Assembly (NCBI RefSeq): GCF_009914755.1
Contig: NC_060934.1
Reading direction: 5' to 3' (one strand)
Length of the DNA: 64,000 nt
Source of the DNA: the human T2T-CHM13v2.0 reference genome, Homo sapiens
Shown: positions 59,771-64,000 of the stretch, piece by piece
Layout of the letters: each line of letters opens with the position of its first letter
How positions within the stretch are numbered: position 1 is the first letter of the stretch
Translations under genes and position numbers: made by a program
The notes under the pieces: generated by a model
What the model was told of the DNA's origin: nothing
Databases searched by the model: none
The model's input: only the letters and a program-made list of their open reading frames with translations

Positions 59771-60475
59771 TCCTAAAACAGAGAGCTATATAGGGCTGGT
59801 GTTCTACAGACAAGGCCTGTCCTGTCTTGTCTACTCACCTGGTATCCCCCGCACAGTACATGGCCTGACACATAGTAGGCACACAACGATTATCCATTGA
59901 ATGAATGATTGGCTAGGGAAAGCAATTCAACTAGTTTTCATCTTAGACATATGTTTTAAAAACCTTGTATAACAGAATCAAAATAAAGAAAGGGAGTTTT
60001 ATTGCTTGGGTTGGAAGGAATTTATCCCTCAGCTGATGGCTCAGTGAACACAGCAAACCGGGTGAGCTTTCACCATCATCTTGCTCAGATGTATTTTTCT
60101 ATACTTTCCCCTGCCAGTTGCCAAGAGACATTAATGAATCTTACAAAAGTCTGGACCATATATATCTTCAGAAGTGTCTGCCCTGCTCAGCCTGTGGACA
60201 ATTATTCAAGTCATTGGAGATAGCTGGCCCAGTCAGGAAGGCCGTCTTCCTCACAACCAAGGCTTGGGTTTGACACCTTGTACATCCTGCATAAACAAAC
60301 TCTGTTTGATTCAGGCCCCAAGGCAGACACAAAACAAGCGTTACCCACAAAGGGCAGCTGGGAGGAAGCTTGTCTGTTATCTGGGAGGAGGACAGAAGCT
60401 CAAGCTACGCACAAAACTTGCTTGGCTCATTTTATTAGATAACCCCTGCCCCCCGCCCCCCGCCCCACTTCCTGA

Positions 60476-60537
60476 CTCTCTCTCTCTCTCTCTCTGTCTC
60501 ACACACACACACACACACATACACACACACACACACA
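60476..60537. repeat. Compound (CT)n(CA)n microsatellite
   Basis: Directly visible. Confidence 0.95.
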
Positions 60538-62502
60538 TTCCTCATCTGAGCCCAGCCCAGGAAGGTCCAGAAGGAGGCATACACATGCCTAGTGGGCCTT
60601 GTATTGTAGTGACCATTACAAAGAAATGTTTTAAAGGAAAGTAAAGGATTTTGCAGAATCCCATTTGCAGGGAAAGACCTGTTCTGTGCTGGCACCTGCT
60701 CCTATGTTTCTTCTAGCCACATTTGAAGGGGTCTCTAGAGCCCATGAAGAAGGCACATCCGATGTGTGGGAGGAATCAGAGTGCAAGAGGGTGCAGAGGT
60801 CTGGGAGGAGCCTCCAGAGGGAAAAGCAACCTGCATCCTAGCTCCACAGATGCGCAGTCTCCCCTGCCCCAAATCCTGGAGCTGGCTTGGCATTTTGTCT
60901 GATGAATAACGCAGGGTTCTCCAAAATAGTTTTGCTCTAAAGATCGATTTCCTCAGATATCAAAACAGAAACCATGAGCAGCCCTCTCTCCAACTAAAGA
61001 TAAGACATTTCAGAATACAAGAGGGCACACGACCCCCAAGACTGAAAGAGAGAGACTTGTTGATGCCACATGGGAGTATACTTCATTTGGCAATTATCCT
61101 CTCCCATTTTTACCCTCAATGGATCTGGAAATGGAGTCTGCAGACACTCTGGCTGATTTCCTAATGGGATCAAAGGAGTAATCCTGCAGAGCTCCCTGTG
61201 GACGCCACAGCAGGAGCGGGAGGGTCTCCTGGCAATGTTTGTAACACCTCCTTTGGATGTTGATTCTGCCCTAAGGTGCATGATGTTCTGCAGTGGAAAT
61301 GGGTTGGCTCCCAGTTCTGCTCAGACTTTCAGACATTAATCTCTCAGACAGTTCAGAAGCTACAGTCAAGTCAGAATGGGAGGGAATGTGTCTGGGTGCC
61401 AGGTCCAGCCGTTAGGGCCCTTCTCAGCATGACTCCACACTTCCTTCTGGCCTTAACTCCCAATGTTCCTTTATACATCGCCTTAAACTACAGTAAAACT
61501 CAGCAGCTAAGCACAACCTTACTTTTCAACTTCCGTTTTGAGTAGGGTGGAGAGACACCTTCACTTGTTGTCTTGGCCTAGAATACCCTCTACCTCTTCC
61601 CTGCCCACACATCAAAATATTTTCTTTCCACCATTACAAACTTTAGTAAATAGCCTGGGTTTTCCCAGAACAGTCTAACCTGCATACAGATAAGGGCTTG
61701 TTTTCCTCATTATTGGTTTCCTTTGGGAAAGGCTTAATACAGAATTTTAAATTCTGTTCTGCTCATATTTTACACGCAGTGGTGTGTCCATCCTTGTCAT
61801 TTTCACCCTCTCAATACAAACCTTATGTACTTAGAGACTTAATTAATAGCAAGCTACATCTAAAAATAAGAGAAATTAAAGCTCAATATTAGAAGACTTT
61901 AGGAATAAGATGACCCTTTTAATAGCATATTGCTGAGCTTTTACTAAACACCTATTATTGTGTTATTATTTGTGTTATTTTTCTAGGTAGGATTCATAAA
62001 AATGCTGTTATCTGTCCTGACAAGAGCAGAGGGAAGAGTGTATGTTTGAACCATCTTTATATTAACAGCACAATAAAATTCACGGCTTATAGTTTCCAAA
62101 ATATTGCCATGCTCATTCTATGAACTGATTCCATAAACAAGTCTGTTGCTACCTACTTCCTCATACCTCTAGCTCCACCGCTGGCTCTTCCCCTCCTTTC
62201 CTAGGCCAGGCCCATTTCTCTCCAACTGTTCTTACAGTTGTGACCTCCTTCCCCAACTCCATCCATTTTCTCATTGCAGCCAGGGTGACTTCCCAACATG
62301 CAATAACTCTGTCTCCTGTATGGCCCGCCTCGTGTTAATACAGCTCTCTACTACAATACAGTGAATCAGTTTTTTCTGTGCGGCAGGCAGGAAGAACCTG
62401 TTGGGCAATTACAGTGCCAGGTACACAGTTGGTGCTTAATATATACTTATTGAACAAAAGGGTGCATGAATTAATATATAAATATGTCAAAAATAGCTTC
62501 CT

Positions 62503-62805
62503 GGCTGGGCATGGTGGCTCACGCCTGTAATCCCTGCACTTTGGGAGGCTGAGGTGGGCAGATCACCTGAGGTCAGGAATTTGAGACCAGCCTGGCTAAT
62601 ATAGTGAAACCCCATCTCTACTAAAAATACAAAAATTAGCTGGGCATGGTGGTGGGTGCCTGTAATCCTAGCTACTCAGGAGGCTGAGGCAGGAGAATTG
62701 CTTGAACCCAGGAGGCGGAGGTTGCAGTGAACCGAGGTCACGCCACTACACTCCAGCTTGGGCAACAAAGCAAGACTCTATCTCCAAAAAAAAACAAAAA
62801 ACAAA
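62503..62805 (+). mobile_element. AluS
   Basis: Full dimer; TSD aaaatagcttcct/aaaaaagcttcct. Confidence 0.93.
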
Positions 62806-63055
62806 AAAAAGCTTCCTGAGGTGAGCAAAGAAAATGCTATGATTTCTAGTCTACTAACCCACAACCAGCAGACCAGGGGTTTTGCTGAATGTCACGCAAC
62901 TTCTATGAACAGGAGAAGCCTTAGAACCCAAGATTTAAACCTCTTAAGATTGGTGAGTTTCCTTCCACATCTTCTTAGATCAGAGCAACATTTACTTCCA
63001 CTTTTCTACCTTGGATGTATGTTTCTCCCAGAGTAAAAGAAGGACACTGGAAATA

Positions 63056-63311
63056 ATTCTACCCTCTCCTGTGGAGACAGCATCAAAGTTGTCAGGAGAC
63101 CAAATTCATGTAACATGTGATCAGTCAATGAGTTATCTCTACTGTTTAGGGACAGCATCAACAATGACACACTCATTCCAATGCATCATTTTTGTATGTC
63201 TGCAATGCAGTGTACCAAGTCTGTGCTTTAAAATCATGTTTTTAAAAGTTGTCACTCTTTTCTTTCTTAAAGTTGTCATTCTTGTCTCACTTGTAAGACT
63301 TTTGCAAGTGT
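63056..63311 (+). repeat. Inverted duplication, left arm (partner 63604-63835)
   Basis: ~93% identical to the reverse complement of 63604-63835, plus a 24-bp internal duplication. Confidence 0.97.
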
Positions 63312-63603
63312 CGTTTCTTCTGCTTGAAATTCAGCCTCCCTATTGTATATTTTGGCTTTTGAGTATTTTTACATCTTATCACATCAGTGTCAATGTCTTA
63401 ACAAAGCACATCAGCCAGAGGGTGAGTAGTTGAGCATCTATTCAGAGTCAATGCCATGCCCACTGTTGCAAAGAATGTGAGAAATACTGAGATAGCTTTA
63501 CCATCAAATATTGGACTGCCCAGGAGTGGAAGCTAACTAATTTCTAAGTAATTTCTCAACCAGAGATCTATAAGAAAAAGAAAAAAATGACCAATTATTG
63601 AAC

Positions 63604-64000
<397 letters not shown>

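Noticed and set aside
60174-60695. 156-aa and 86-aa ORFs
   Set aside because: The frames are held open by the (CT)n(CA)n microsatellite and a C-rich tract.

Overview
This is human (primate) non-coding genomic DNA. An AluYb8 matching the consensus as I recall it (26264-26576) points specifically to Homo sapiens. I found no credible protein-coding gene, RNA gene, CRISPR array or CpG island. The ORF track is explained by Alu/L1/LTR-derived frames and chance frames. Roughly half the window is interspersed repeat: ten Alus, one full-length but dead ~6.3 kb L1PA with target-site duplications (TSDs), old L1M/HAL1 fragments, ERV1/ERVL/MaLR solo LTRs, hAT/Tc1/piggyBac DNA-transposon fossils, and many MIR/L2 remnants. 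Subfamily names are assigned from remembered consensus sequences, not from a search. The notable structure is a cluster of at least seven local 90-850 bp duplications, four inverted and three direct, with no poly(A) tails. Two of them preserve pre-insertion empty sites, which lets the events be ordered. One contains a 103-bp perfectly identical, palindrome-rich core inside otherwise ~85-88% identical copies. Another can fold into a ~230-bp hairpin. There is also one TATA + Kozak + splice-donor cassette at 11.9-12.0 kb that could be an unannotated first exon. I do not see evidence for a new protein-encoded system.
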